Shown: positions 18,226 to 27,350, counted from the stretch's first letter. The stretch: 61,276 bases of DNA from Bacillota bacterium (GCA_021803575.1 JAJZLH010000019.1:1-61276); one strand, 5' to 3'. Numbers and translations are program-made. Notes: generated by a model from the letters alone, not told the origin.

Positions 18226-18891
18226 GTGCCCCGCCTTGGCTCTCACCGCCGGCGGCTGCCGGAGATCCTCCGTCTCCTGGCCCTGGCCTACCCGGACGCC
18301 CACTGCGAGCTGGACTTCCAGACACCCTTCGAGCTCCTGGTGGCGACCGTGCTCTCCGCCCAGTGCACCGACCGCCGAGTGAACATGGTCACATCCCGGC
18401 TCTTCCCCCGCCTCACCGGCCCGAAGTCCCTGGTCGAGATGGGTGTGGACCGGCTGGCTGAGGAGATCCGTGACGTCGGCCTCTTTCGGGCCAAGGCCCG
18501 CGCCCTTGTCTCTCTGAGCGAGGACCTGATCCGGCTTCACGGCGGCCAGGTGCCGGCCGATCGGCAGGCCCTGGAGGCGCTGGCCGGCGTCGGCAAAAAG
18601 ACGGCATCGGTGGTGCTGGCCAATGCCTTCGCCATCCCAGCCCTGGCCGTGGACACCCACGTGTTCCGGGTGAGCCACCGCCTGGGCCTGGCCAGCGCCA
18701 AGAGCCCCGAGAAGACGGCGGCGGAGCTGATGGAGATCGTGCCGCCTGACGACTGGATCTCCTTCCACCACCAGCTGATCGCCCACGGCCGGCAGGTCTG
18801 CCACGCCCGGTCACCGGCCTGCGCCACCTGCACCCTGCTCCCGCTCTGTCCGGACGGGAGGCGCCGCACTGCTAGTCCGGCAGTGCGCTGA
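18226..18891 (+). CDS. nth: Endonuclease III
   Basis: LVATVLSAQCTD, HhH motif GVGKKTA, AVDTHV and C-x6-C-x2-C-x5-C 4Fe-4S motif. AGGAGGTG SD before GTG 18226. Confidence 0.95.
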   Translation: MPRLGSHRRRLPEILRLLALAYPDAHCELDFQTPFELLVATVLSAQCTDRRVNMVTSRLFPRLTGPKSLVEMGVDRLAEEIRDVGLFRAKARALVSLSEDLIRLHGGQVPADRQALEALAGVGKKTASVVLANAFAIPALAVDTHVFRVSHRLGLASAKSPEKTAAELMEIVPPDDWISFHHQLIAHGRQVCHARSPACATCTLLPLCPDGRRRTASPAVR

Positions 18892-20656
18892 GCACCCCCG
18901 TGAGCACCTTTAGCCCCGCCTCCCAGTCCGCCACCATACCCAGGTCGGCGGCCTGGAAGATCGGCGCCTCGCCGTCGGTGTTGACCGCCACCACCACATC
19001 GGCCCTACGGATGCCGACCAGGTGCTCGAAGGCGCCAGAGATGCCGAGCGCCACGTAGACGCGGGGCGCCACCGTCCGCCCGGTCAAGCCGACCTGGAAG
19101 GCCTTGGGCAGCCGGCCGGCGTCGGTGACAGCCCGTGACGCCCCCAGACCGAAGCCGTGGCGGCGGGCCAGTTCGGCCACCTCGGCCACTCGCACCTCTG
19201 GCACGCCCATACCGACGGAGAGCACCACGGGACGGGGTGCGAGCAACTGCGCGTCCAGCGCATAGGGCGTGACGGCGCCCACCGTCATGCCGTCCGCCGC
19301 TGCCGGCAGCGGCCGCTGCACCACCTGGACGGTGCCCTGGCGCGGCACTGTGAGCGGCAGGCACACGCCGGGGCGGATGGTGGCGAGGTCGGGTCTGGTG
19401 CGGGAGACGATCGGCGCCACCATCAGTCCGCCGAACGACGGCTTGTCCATGACCAGCCCGCCCTCGTCGGCCACGGCAAAGGCGACGGCGTCGCCGGTCA
19501 GGCCGAGTTCCAGCCTGGCCGCCAGCCGGCCAGCCCACTCCCGGCCGTGGGTGGTGGAGGGGAAGAGGACGGCCGCTGGGCGACGCTCCGCGATGAGCTC
19601 GGCCAGAGCGGTGGCCGCCCGCCCGGAGTGAAAGGGCGGGTCGTCCTGGTCCTCGAGCACGTAGATGACGCTGGCACCTGCCTCGCCCAACAGCTGGCGA
19701 TGGGCGGCGCTGAGGCTGCCCCAGACCACGGCCGCTGCCGTACCGCCCGCCGGCTCTGTCAGACGGTGGGCGTCGCCCAGGAGCTCACGGGCCAGCTGCT
19801 GGCCGGAGTCGTCCAATCGGGGCAGAGCCACCCACAGCTGGCCGGGCAGACCCCGTCGCACGACCCTTTCCGGCCGGGGGGGCACCTTGGCCAAGTGGGA
19901 CCGAAGCGCGTCCTCAACGGCGCTCGGATCGCCTGGATCCACCATCTGGCGGCGGCGGTCCACGCTCTCCTGGCGGAGCGGCAGGACGCGGGTCGGCGAG
20001 CCCGCCTGCCCATAGCGGGCGAGATCGCCGCCCAGCTGGCTCACCGTGAGCTGGCCAACCGGCAGTTCCTCCGCTGCCGCCACCTTCTTGCGGGAGATGT
20101 ACACCTCTTCGGCCAGCTCCTCGGCGGCGGTGACCACGGCGGGCAGTGTAGAGACGATGGACTCCTGGCCGCCCTCCAAGGCGCGCCGAAGGTCCAGGCG
20201 GCCGTCCGGCCGCAGGGTGAGGCTGGTGACGGCTGTGATGAGAGGCCAGCCCAGCAGCTCGGCGATCATCGGGCCCACCTGGCCGGTCTCGGCGTCCAGG
20301 CTGTGCCTGCCCAGCATGACCAGGTCCGGGCCCTGAAGGCGGATGGCGTCGGCCAGGGCGTGGGCGGTGGCCAGGGTGTCGGATCCGGCCAGGGCGCGGT
20401 CGGAGATGAGCCAGGCCTGATCGGCGCCGCCGAGCAGGGCCGCCTTCAGCACGTCCTTGGCGGACGGCGGTCCCATGCTGAGCGCCACCACCTCGCCGCC
20501 GGCCTCGGCCCTGAGGGCCAGGGCGGCGCCCAGGGCCACCATGTCCAGCGAGTTCGGCTCTAGCGCCACGCCCTCCCGCACCATCCGCCGTTCCCCGCTG
20601 TCAAAGCGCATCTCCCCGGGCGACGGGATCTGCTTGATCAGGACCGCGATCTTCAT
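18872..20656 (-). CDS. Fused electron transfer flavoprotein beta+alpha (EtfB-EtfA)
   Basis: N-half KQIP, SMGP, GSDTLAT, DAETGQVG (EtfB). C-half GLTGDA, GASRAVTDAG, QVGLTG, GISGAFEH, AVNTD..APIF (EtfA). Confidence 0.9.
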   Translation of the reverse strand: MKIAVLIKQIPSPGEMRFDSGERRMVREGVALEPNSLDMVALGAALALRAEAGGEVVALSMGPPSAKDVLKAALLGGADQAWLISDRALAGSDTLATAHALADAIRLQGPDLVMLGRHSLDAETGQVGPMIAELLGWPLITAVTSLTLRPDGRLDLRRALEGGQESIVSTLPAVVTAAEELAEEVYISRKKVAAAEELPVGQLTVSQLGGDLARYGQAGSPTRVLPLRQESVDRRRQMVDPGDPSAVEDALRSHLAKVPPRPERVVRRGLPGQLWVALPRLDDSGQQLARELLGDAHRLTEPAGGTAAAVVWGSLSAAHRQLLGEAGASVIYVLEDQDDPPFHSGRAATALAELIAERRPAAVLFPSTTHGREWAGRLAARLELGLTGDAVAFAVADEGGLVMDKPSFGGLMVAPIVSRTRPDLATIRPGVCLPLTVPRQGTVQVVQRPLPAAADGMTVGAVTPYALDAQLLAPRPVVLSVGMGVPEVRVAEVAELARRHGFGLGASRAVTDAGRLPKAFQVGLTGRTVAPRVYVALGISGAFEHLVGIRRADVVVAVNTDGEAPIFQAADLGMVADWEAGLKVLTGVLSALPD

Positions 20657-20710
20657 CGGCGCCGCCTCCCGCATCCAGTCTGCCTAGCCATGTTTCTCTG
20701 CCGGCCGCCC

Positions 20711-20944
20711 TCAGCCCTTGATCGCCCGCAGGGCGGCTACCACCGCCACCGCCAGGACGGCCAGCCAGTAGAGGCGCAGCACCCAGAACAGGACGGTCTG
20801 CCAGCCGACCACAGCGCGCCGCCCGAAGTGGTGGCGCTTGGCGCTGACCAGCTGGTCAGGCTCGAGCAGGGACAGCACATCGGCCGGGCTCAGCCGGTCA
20901 GCTGCCCCGGGATCAGGCTCTTTGGCACTGGGTGACTCTGCCAC
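20711..20944 (-). CDS. Small membrane protein
   Basis: AGGAGG SD, GTG start 13 nt after the transporter stop, hydrophobic C-terminus (LFWVLRLYWLAVLAVAVVA). Confidence 0.7.
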   Translation of the reverse strand: MAESPSAKEPDPGAADRLSPADVLSLLEPDQLVSAKRHHFGRRAVVGWQTVLFWVLRLYWLAVLAVAVVAALRAIKG

Positions 20945-20957
20945 CAGGCGGCCTCCT

Positions 20958-22295
20958 CTAGATCAGGCGCGGGTCCAGCACCGAGACGGCGAACAGGACC
21001 CCGGCCAGGGTGATCAGGGCTCCGACCACACACGCCGCCCAGTTCTGCCAGGGGCGATTGACCCACTCGCCCATCACCTGGCGGTCATTGGCCAGGAGCA
21101 ACAGGAACAGGAAGATGGGCGGGGTGGACAGCACGGCCACCACGTTGACCAAGAGCACCACCAGCTCCAGCGGGATGTGCGGGATCAGCACCACCGCACC
21201 GGCCACCAGGGCGACGCCGATCAGGGTCAGGTAGAAGCCGGCCGCCTCCCGGGGGGGCCGGTTCAGGCTGCGCGAGGCGCCGGTCACCTCGGCCAGGGCG
21301 TAGGCAGAGGCGGTGGAGATGGCAACCGCCGCCACCAGGCCGGCCTCCACGATGCCGAGGGCGAACAGGGAGGCGCCGATGCGGCCGACAAAGGGCACCA
21401 GGGCGCGTGCGAAGTCCGCCGTCTGGTAGTTATGTGGACTCATGCCGTGGCGGAACAGGGTGCTGGTGGCGATCACCGCCGCCATGCCGAAGGCGGCGGC
21501 CAGGAGCGCTCCCAGCACGGTGTCCCAGCGGCCTCGGTGCACATCCGCCGGTGTCAGGCCCTTGTCTGCGACGGCCGCCTGCTGGAAGAAGATCATCCAG
21601 GGCGTGACCGTCGCTCCGATGTCGGCGACCAGAATCAGCACGGTGTTGGTGCTCCACGCTGGCAGCGGTGTGAAGGTGAGGAGGGCACTTCCGACCTGGG
21701 CCCAGGGCGGGTGGGAGAGGATCGCCACCGGCACGAAGACGGCATTGAGGATGGCGAGCGCCATGATCAGCCGCTCCCAGGTCCAGTAGCGGCCGGTGGT
21801 GACCGCCACCGCCAGCACGGCGATGGTGCCGGACACCGCCGCCAGCGGCGGCACGCCGAAGTAGCCGAGGCCCGCCCGGATGCCGATGAACTCGGTGACC
21901 AGGGTGAGCAGGTTGCCGAAGAGCAGATCCACCAAGAGGAGGCCGCCCCACATGCCACCGAAGCGGTCTGCCATCAGCTCGGAGAAGCCGCGGTGCGAGA
22001 CGGCGCCGAGGCGCATCGCCATCTCCTGTACCACCACCGCCATGGCGAAGGTGAGCAGGATGAACGGCAGGAAAAAGCCGATGCCAAACTGGCTGCCGGT
22101 CGCCGCATAGGACAGCATGCTGGGTGCGTCGTTCTCGCCCAGCATGACCAGAATGCCCGGCCCGATGGTCAGCCAGAGCAACCACACCCAGCGGCGCGGG
22201 CCCCGTGTCTGATAGGCGCGGCGCAGGCTGAGACGGTCCCGGGCCCGATCCCGGTCCTCGTGGGTGACGCCTTGTGGCTCCGCCGGGTGCCGCAT
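20958..22295 (-). CDS. NRAMP-superfamily divalent metal transporter (NrmT-like motifs)
   Basis: IGPGILVMLGENDAPS, QEMAMRLG, VTEFIG and GATVTPWMIFFQQ motifs. About 11 TMs. Confidence 0.9.
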   Translation of the reverse strand: MRHPAEPQGVTHEDRDRARDRLSLRRAYQTRGPRRWVWLLWLTIGPGILVMLGENDAPSMLSYAATGSQFGIGFFLPFILLTFAMAVVVQEMAMRLGAVSHRGFSELMADRFGGMWGGLLLVDLLFGNLLTLVTEFIGIRAGLGYFGVPPLAAVSGTIAVLAVAVTTGRYWTWERLIMALAILNAVFVPVAILSHPPWAQVGSALLTFTPLPAWSTNTVLILVADIGATVTPWMIFFQQAAVADKGLTPADVHRGRWDTVLGALLAAAFGMAAVIATSTLFRHGMSPHNYQTADFARALVPFVGRIGASLFALGIVEAGLVAAVAISTASAYALAEVTGASRSLNRPPREAAGFYLTLIGVALVAGAVVLIPHIPLELVVLLVNVVAVLSTPPIFLFLLLLANDRQVMGEWVNRPWQNWAACVVGALITLAGVLFAVSVLDPRLI

Positions 22296-22963
22296 CAACT
22301 GGCCCGATCCTGGGGCTCCACCGCCACCGCAGCCAAGAGCCGGCGGTCGAGGCGGGCCGCCCGGCGGCCGCCCACCTCGACCCGGCGTTCGGCAGCGCCT
22401 GGCTCACCGGAAACCACCCGCAGGCTGGCCCCCGGCACCAGGCCGCGGCGCTCCAGGTCGGCCAGGAGGGTGGCATCTTCCTCGCTCACCCAGGCCACCT
22501 GGCCTCGGGCGCCAACGTCCATTTCCGTCAGGGGTATCGTCTCGCGAGCTGCCACCTCGCCAGACCTGGATGGGATCGGGTAGCCATGCGGGCAGGCCGC
22601 GGCGTCGGCCAGGACGCGGGCGAAGGACTCGGTGACCTCCTCGGGCAGGGCGTGCTCCATCTGGTCCGCCACCCGGTCCACGCGCTCCCAGCCGATGCCG
22701 AGCATGTCAGTCAGGAAGCGTTCGGTCAGACGATGCCGGCGCACCACCTGCATCGCCGCCAGCCGGCCCCGGGCCGTGAGGCTGACGCCGAGATATTCAC
22801 GGTAGCGGACCAGCCCCGCCAGCGCCATCTTGTGAAACATGGCGCTGGCGGAGGCCGCCGACACACCCAGCCGCCTGGCCACGGCGCTGGTGGTGGCACG
22901 CTGGGCTGGCGTCTCCACCCGGTAGATGGCGGCCAGGTAGTCCTCCATGGTGCGCGAGATCAT
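22295..22963 (-). CDS. DtxR/MntR family metal-dependent repressor with FeoA domain
   Basis: EDYLAAIY, HTH, RRHRLTERFL, ADQMEH and CPHGYPIP motifs, plus a C-terminal FeoA-like domain. Confidence 0.93.
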   Translation of the reverse strand: MISRTMEDYLAAIYRVETPAQRATTSAVARRLGVSAASASAMFHKMALAGLVRYREYLGVSLTARGRLAAMQVVRRHRLTERFLTDMLGIGWERVDRVADQMEHALPEEVTESFARVLADAAACPHGYPIPSRSGEVAARETIPLTEMDVGARGQVAWVSEEDATLLADLERRGLVPGASLRVVSGEPGAAERRVEVGGRRAARLDRRLLAAVAVEPQDRAS

Positions 22964-22989
22964 GTCCGCGGCCCCCCCGATCGGGACAA

Positions 22990-23009
22990 GGTTTAGTCGT
23001 CTCTAAACC
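22990..23009. promoter_or_regulatory. Putative DtxR/MntR-type operator
   Basis: Perfect palindrome GGTTTAG-N6-CTAAACC, 27 nt upstream of the repressor start. Confidence 0.7.
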
Positions 23010-23074
23010 ATGTTCCTGCCGATCACCGCCTCGGACCGCCCTATACTGGGGTGAATCGGACGGGGGGGTCGCAC

Positions 23075-23962
23075 ATGGAGGTCTTCGTCACCGGCGGCAC
23101 CGGCTACGTGGGTCAGCCCGTGGTCACAGCCCTACTGGCCGCTGGTCATCGGGTGCGGCTTCTGACTCGCCGGATGCCTGCCCCCTGGCCGGCCACAAGC
23201 TGGCTCTCGCCCATTCCCGGCACGCTCACTGACCAAGAGGCGCTGCGCGAAGGAACAAGCGGCGCCCATGCCGTGGTTCACCTGGTCGGCATCATCCGCC
23301 AGGATCTCTCCTCCGGCACCACCTTCGCCGCTGTCCACAGCGAGGGGACGCGCCGCCTCCTGGAGGTTGCGGCCGGGGCCGGCGTCCGCCGCTGGCTGCA
23401 GATGAGCGCCCTGGGCGTGGATCCGCGCTCGCCTTCCGCCTACTTCCGCACCAAGGCCGAGGCGGAGGCGGCGGTGCGGGCCAGCGGCCTGGACTGGACC
23501 ATCTTCCGCCCCTCGCTGGTGTTTGGGCCAGGCGGCCCGGGGGCGCAGTTTCTGAGCGAGATCCGCGACCGGCTCCTCACACTGCCCCTGCACCCGATGA
23601 TCGACGGCGGCCACCAGCGCCTGCAGCCGGTGGCGGTCGGCACCGTGGCCGAGGCCTTCGCCCGCGCTCTGGACGCCCCTTCCACCATCGGCGCCACCTA
23701 CGACCTGGCCGGACCCGAGGTGCTCACCTTCCGGCAGATGGTGAATGCTGTGGCCCAAGCCCTGGGCCGGCCCTTCCGGCCGGTGTGGGTGCCGTCCTGG
23801 CTGGTCCAGGCCATGCTGCCGGTTCTGGATCGCAGCGGCCGCTTCCCCTTGACCCGCGACCAGCTGCTGATGCTGCGGGCAGGCAACACCTCTGACACCT
23901 GGCAGGAGGCGTATCAGGCACTTGCCCTTAATCCGGTGGGCTTCAGCGCCGAGGGTCTGTGA
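23075..23962 (+). CDS. NAD-dependent epimerase/atypical SDR (NDUFA9-like)
   Basis: VTGGTGYVG, HLVGII, MSALG, YFRTK and WTIFRPS motifs. Confidence 0.9.
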   Translation: MEVFVTGGTGYVGQPVVTALLAAGHRVRLLTRRMPAPWPATSWLSPIPGTLTDQEALREGTSGAHAVVHLVGIIRQDLSSGTTFAAVHSEGTRRLLEVAAGAGVRRWLQMSALGVDPRSPSAYFRTKAEAEAAVRASGLDWTIFRPSLVFGPGGPGAQFLSEIRDRLLTLPLHPMIDGGHQRLQPVAVGTVAEAFARALDAPSTIGATYDLAGPEVLTFRQMVNAVAQALGRPFRPVWVPSWLVQAMLPVLDRSGRFPLTRDQLLMLRAGNTSDTWQEAYQALALNPVGFSAEGL

Positions 23963-23984
23963 GATCCCGCCAGGCGGGGCAGCG

Positions 23985-24779
23985 CTAGTCTCCCGCTTGC
24001 CGCCGCCGGCCGCCAGTCTCCGCAAGCGGCACCGCCCTGGCGGTGACCAGTTGCAGCACCTTGGTGATGGCGGCCAGCTGCAGTCGGGTGCGCACCGCCA
24101 GGGGCTGCAACACCGGCGTCTCGATCGTCATGGCGTGGCCGCTGAGCTGGAACATCAAGAAGGCCAGCGGCCACAGCCGGCGCTTCTCCAGCCGCTGGCG
24201 GAGCGGCTCGGCGGCTCTGCCCCGCGGCACCAGGCCGCGGCGCACGGTCGGCTCGTCGGCCCGCTCGCAGACCGGCCCCACCCTGGCCATGGCGTCTCGC
24301 ACCTGGCGGCGGAACCAGGGCGGGCGGTCCGTCGTCTCATAGATGTAGAAGCCCTTAAAGTCGGAGTCCTCGTGCAGGTCCAGCCCGAAGTCGTAGCGGA
24401 GCTCCCCCAGCGCCGCCCACATCAGGCTAGCCAAGGGATCCTCGGGATTGCGGAACTGGCGGTTGGGGTCGACGCCCTGGCCGTTGTGGCGCTCTTCGCG
24501 GATGTAGCCGTACGGGTTGAGGCACGGCCAGACGTCGAACTCCACCCGCTCCTGCCAGCTCTCGGCCAGGCTCTCCAGGAAGGTGACGCAACCTTCGACG
24601 CCGCCCGGCTCCTCGCCGTGGATGCCCGCTGCCAACAGGACGCGCACGCCCCTCCCAAAGCGCAGCCGGAAGATCTCCTCACCGTCCACCTGGCCGACAG
24701 TCTCGAGGGTCGTGCCCAGGCGGGCGCTGGCATCTACCAGCCTCTGCTGAATGATCGGCCACGGGGTGCGTTCGTCCAT
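23985..24779 (-). CDS. M14 family zinc carboxypeptidase/deacylase
   Basis: GIHGEE, NPYG, DPNRQF, LDLHE and TIETP motifs. GGAGGAGG SD before ATG 24779. Confidence 0.85.
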   Translation of the reverse strand: MDERTPWPIIQQRLVDASARLGTTLETVGQVDGEEIFRLRFGRGVRVLLAAGIHGEEPGGVEGCVTFLESLAESWQERVEFDVWPCLNPYGYIREERHNGQGVDPNRQFRNPEDPLASLMWAALGELRYDFGLDLHEDSDFKGFYIYETTDRPPWFRRQVRDAMARVGPVCERADEPTVRRGLVPRGRAAEPLRQRLEKRRLWPLAFLMFQLSGHAMTIETPVLQPLAVRTRLQLAAITKVLQLVTARAVPLAETGGRRRQAGD

Positions 24780-24802
24780 GGGGGACCTCCTCCCGGCGGT
24801 GA

Positions 24803-24828
24803 GCAAAACGCCCGCACGAAGCGGGCGT
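24803..24828 (-). terminator. Intrinsic terminator after the tRNA
   Basis: Minus strand reads ACGCCCGC-TTCGT-GCGGGCGT-TTT. Confidence 0.75.
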
Positions 24829-24834
24829 CAAGCT

Positions 24835-24910
24835 TGGCGCGCCTAGCAGGACTCGAACCTGCGCTCCTGGCTTCGGAGGCCAGTACTCTATCCACCTGAG
24901 CTATAGGCGC
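24835..24910 (-). tRNA. tRNA-Arg(CCG)
   Basis: 76-nt cloverleaf GCGCCTA...TAGGCGC-G-CCA, anticodon arm CTGGC-CTCCGAA-GCCAG, T-loop GGTTCGAGTCC. CCA end is encoded. Confidence 0.97.
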
Positions 24911-24920
24911 TTACGATCGG

Positions 24921-24950
24921 ATTCTAGCACAGTGGGCCGGCGCCCTTCCA
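24921..24950 (-). promoter_or_regulatory. Sigma-A promoter for the tRNA
   Basis: TGGAAG-N18-TAGAAT with extended TG. Confidence 0.6.
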
Positions 24951-25019
24951 GCCCAGGTACCCGCCCCCAAGCCGCCGCTTCCCTGTACACTGCCCTGAGA
25001 ACATCCGAGAGGAGCTGCC

Positions 25020-25586
25020 ATGCCACCCGCCCTTCTGATCGCCCTGGTGCTCGCCCTCGGCCTGGACACGCTCAGTGTGTCGGCCGCCCTCGCCCCTCGC
25101 TTCCCGGAGCATCGCCTGCGCATCGCCATCACTTTCGCCCTGTTCGAAGCGGTGATGCCGCTGATCGGCATCGGCATCGGCCACCTCTTGGGCCGGGCGC
25201 TGGGACCGACCGGAGCGACGGTCGGCGCCGTGCTGCTGGTGGCTCTGGGCGGCTATTTCCTGGTGGCCAGACACGAGCAGGCACCGGCCTCCGGCCCGGC
25301 CGGCTCGGTCCCGGCCCAGGACTTCGCCGGCTGGCTTCTGGTCGGGCTGGGGCTGGCCATCTCCCTCGATGAGGTGGCGGTTGGCATCTCCTTCGCCCTG
25401 CTCGGCGTGCCCGTGCTTCCCGCTGTGCTGGCCATCCTGGCCCAGGCCTTCGCCTTCTCCCTGATCGGCTCCTCACTTGGCAAGGGCCTCGCCGACCGCT
25501 TCGGCGCCGTCGCCGAGCGCCTGGCCGGAGTCGTGCTGATCGGCCTGGGCGTGGTACAGCTGGGCCGCATCTTCCTCGGCTGGTGA
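25020..25586 (+). CDS. mntP: Manganese efflux pump MntP family
   Basis: ALGLDTLSV, FEAVMPLIG, AISLDEVAVG and ERLAGVVLIGLG repeats typical of DUF204. Confidence 0.85.
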   Translation: MPPALLIALVLALGLDTLSVSAALAPRFPEHRLRIAITFALFEAVMPLIGIGIGHLLGRALGPTGATVGAVLLVALGGYFLVARHEQAPASGPAGSVPAQDFAGWLLVGLGLAISLDEVAVGISFALLGVPVLPAVLAILAQAFAFSLIGSSLGKGLADRFGAVAERLAGVVLIGLGVVQLGRIFLGW

Positions 25587-25590
25587 GGAA

Positions 25591-26106
25591 ATGAGCACAC
25601 TCGTCACGGAGCGCCTGCAACTCGTACCGTGGAGCGCTCGGCTCTGCCAGCTGGCTCTCGAGGACCGGCCGGCCCTGGCCGAGGCGATCGCCGCCAGAGT
25701 GCCCGAGGAGTGGCCGCAGGCAGACTTTGGCCGGATACTGCCCATGATCCGTGAGCTGGCCGAGAGCGTACCGGGACACGAACTCCCCAACTTCCTCACC
25801 ATCCACCGCCAGGACCGCTGTCTGATCGGCGGTATCGGCTTCACCCGGCCGCCGGCCGATGGCGACGGTGAGTTCGGCTACGATGTGATCCCGTCGTATC
25901 AGAACCAGGGTTACGCCACGGAGATGGGCCGGGCCGTGGTCGGCTGGGCATTTGGAGAACTCGCCCTCTCCGACCTCCGGGCCACCTGCCAGCCGGACAA
26001 TCTGGCGTCGGTCCGGGTCCTGGAAAAGATCGGCTTGCGACGGGTCGAGGAGACGGCGGACCTCGTCAGCTGGCTGCTGACGAGGTCCGAGTGGCTCTCT
26101 TCGTAA
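25591..26106 (+). CDS. GNAT N-acetyltransferase, RimJ/RimL type
   Basis: TERLQL, LIGGIG, EFGY, YQNQGYATE and NLASVRVLEKIG motifs. Confidence 0.9.
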   Translation: MSTLVTERLQLVPWSARLCQLALEDRPALAEAIAARVPEEWPQADFGRILPMIRELAESVPGHELPNFLTIHRQDRCLIGGIGFTRPPADGDGEFGYDVIPSYQNQGYATEMGRAVVGWAFGELALSDLRATCQPDNLASVRVLEKIGLRRVEETADLVSWLLTRSEWLSS

Positions 26107-26123
26107 TCGCTTCGGAGCCTGAC

Positions 26124-26543
26124 TCAGGACTCGCTGCGGTCGCCTTGCACCACTTTCTCCAGTCCCAGGTCCTTCAGCAGCGCCTGGTGGTGGAGGGTCA
26201 GTTCGCGGGCCAAAGACTCCAGTTTCTTGCCGAGCGCATCGTGCTGCCGCTTCATTTTGTCGTACTGCTGGCTGAGGGTGCGCACCCGGCGCACTCTGGC
26301 CGTGGTCGTCATGTCGCCGACCGTCTTGCGTGAGCGTCGCTTGCTCGGAGCGGCACTGGGCTTGCCGCTGACCCGGTTGGCCAGCCGACCCAGATACAGC
26401 TTGATGCTGACCGCAGAGCGGTCCAGATCTGAGACCGCCTTCTCCACCGCCTCTGTGAACGGCAGTATCTGGGCATCGATTTGCTTTGCCAGGCCGGTCA
26501 GATATTCTCTTTCCTTCGGTTCAAACTTCCCTTTTGTCGCCAC
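26124..26543 (-). CDS. Hypothetical basic coiled-coil protein
   Basis: AGGAGG SD and its own TG-n-TATACT promoter. Lys/Arg-rich and helical. Lower GC than its neighbours. Confidence 0.65.
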   Translation of the reverse strand: MATKGKFEPKEREYLTGLAKQIDAQILPFTEAVEKAVSDLDRSAVSIKLYLGRLANRVSGKPSAAPSKRRSRKTVGDMTTTARVRRVRTLSQQYDKMKRQHDALGKKLESLARELTLHHQALLKDLGLEKVVQGDRSES

Positions 26544-26745
26544 TCCGCCCGCCTCCTATAGGTTGCATTCCAGTGCCAAGTATAACACTTGGCCGCACCC
26601 AAATTCGGCCATGTTCGCGATATATCCCGACCAGACCGATTCCCGATGGCGGCCGATCTTCGCCGACCCTTCGCCGCACCAGAGCTCGGCCGCCGGGCCT
26701 AGCGCCCCGCCGCCAAACTGCTGCAGAGGCCACGCAGCACGTACA

Positions 26746-27339
26746 CTAGAGGAGATCGGGGTCGTGCTGAATGAACAGCTCTCCATTGCCGATCGGGACC
26801 AGTACCTGCCGGCTGCCTGGGGTGGCGGCCACCAGGCTGCGGAAGCCTGCCAGCTCGCCCGCCTTGTCCACAGCGTTGTCGACCACCAGCAGGCCGTCCT
26901 GGGCCAGGATGCGGAACAGGTCCGGCCACCAGTTCACATAACGCTTGCGGTCGGCGTCCAGGAAGATCAGGTCCCAGTCTCGGGCCCGCGCCGTCTTCAG
27001 AAATTCCGTCGCATCGCCTGGCACCAGCTCGATCCCCCCTGCGAGGCCAGCCTCCTGGAAGTTCGCCCGGGCCATGGCCAGCTTTTGCTGATCGGCTTCC
27101 AGCGTCACCAGGCGTGCGCCGTCGGGGACGGCATCGGCCCACCAGATCGTCGAGTAGCCGTTGGAGGTTCCCACCTCCAGGACGCTCCGGGGCGCCATCG
27201 CCCGGATCAGCATCCACAGCATCAGCCCGGTGTCGGCCGTGATGTTCAGCATCTTCTCGGCGTGCGCCGTGGCAGCGCGGTCGCTCTTCTCGCCAAACTG
27301 CTTCAGGTGGCGCAACAGCGCCTCGCGCTCCGGCCTCAC
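26746..27339 (-). CDS. SAM-dependent O-methyltransferase (Methyltransf_3 type)
   Basis: VLEVGTSNGYSTIW, DLIFLDADR and VVDNA motifs. Confidence 0.9.
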   Translation of the reverse strand: MRPEREALLRHLKQFGEKSDRAATAHAEKMLNITADTGLMLWMLIRAMAPRSVLEVGTSNGYSTIWWADAVPDGARLVTLEADQQKLAMARANFQEAGLAGGIELVPGDATEFLKTARARDWDLIFLDADRKRYVNWWPDLFRILAQDGLLVVDNAVDKAGELAGFRSLVAATPGSRQVLVPIGNGELFIQHDPDLL

Positions 27340-27350
27340 CCGGCCACCCC

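Noticed and set aside
23985-24910. tRNA-Arg as an integration site for an island
   Set aside because: No integrase, and I found no duplicated tRNA 3' end in the window. The terminator directly follows the tRNA.
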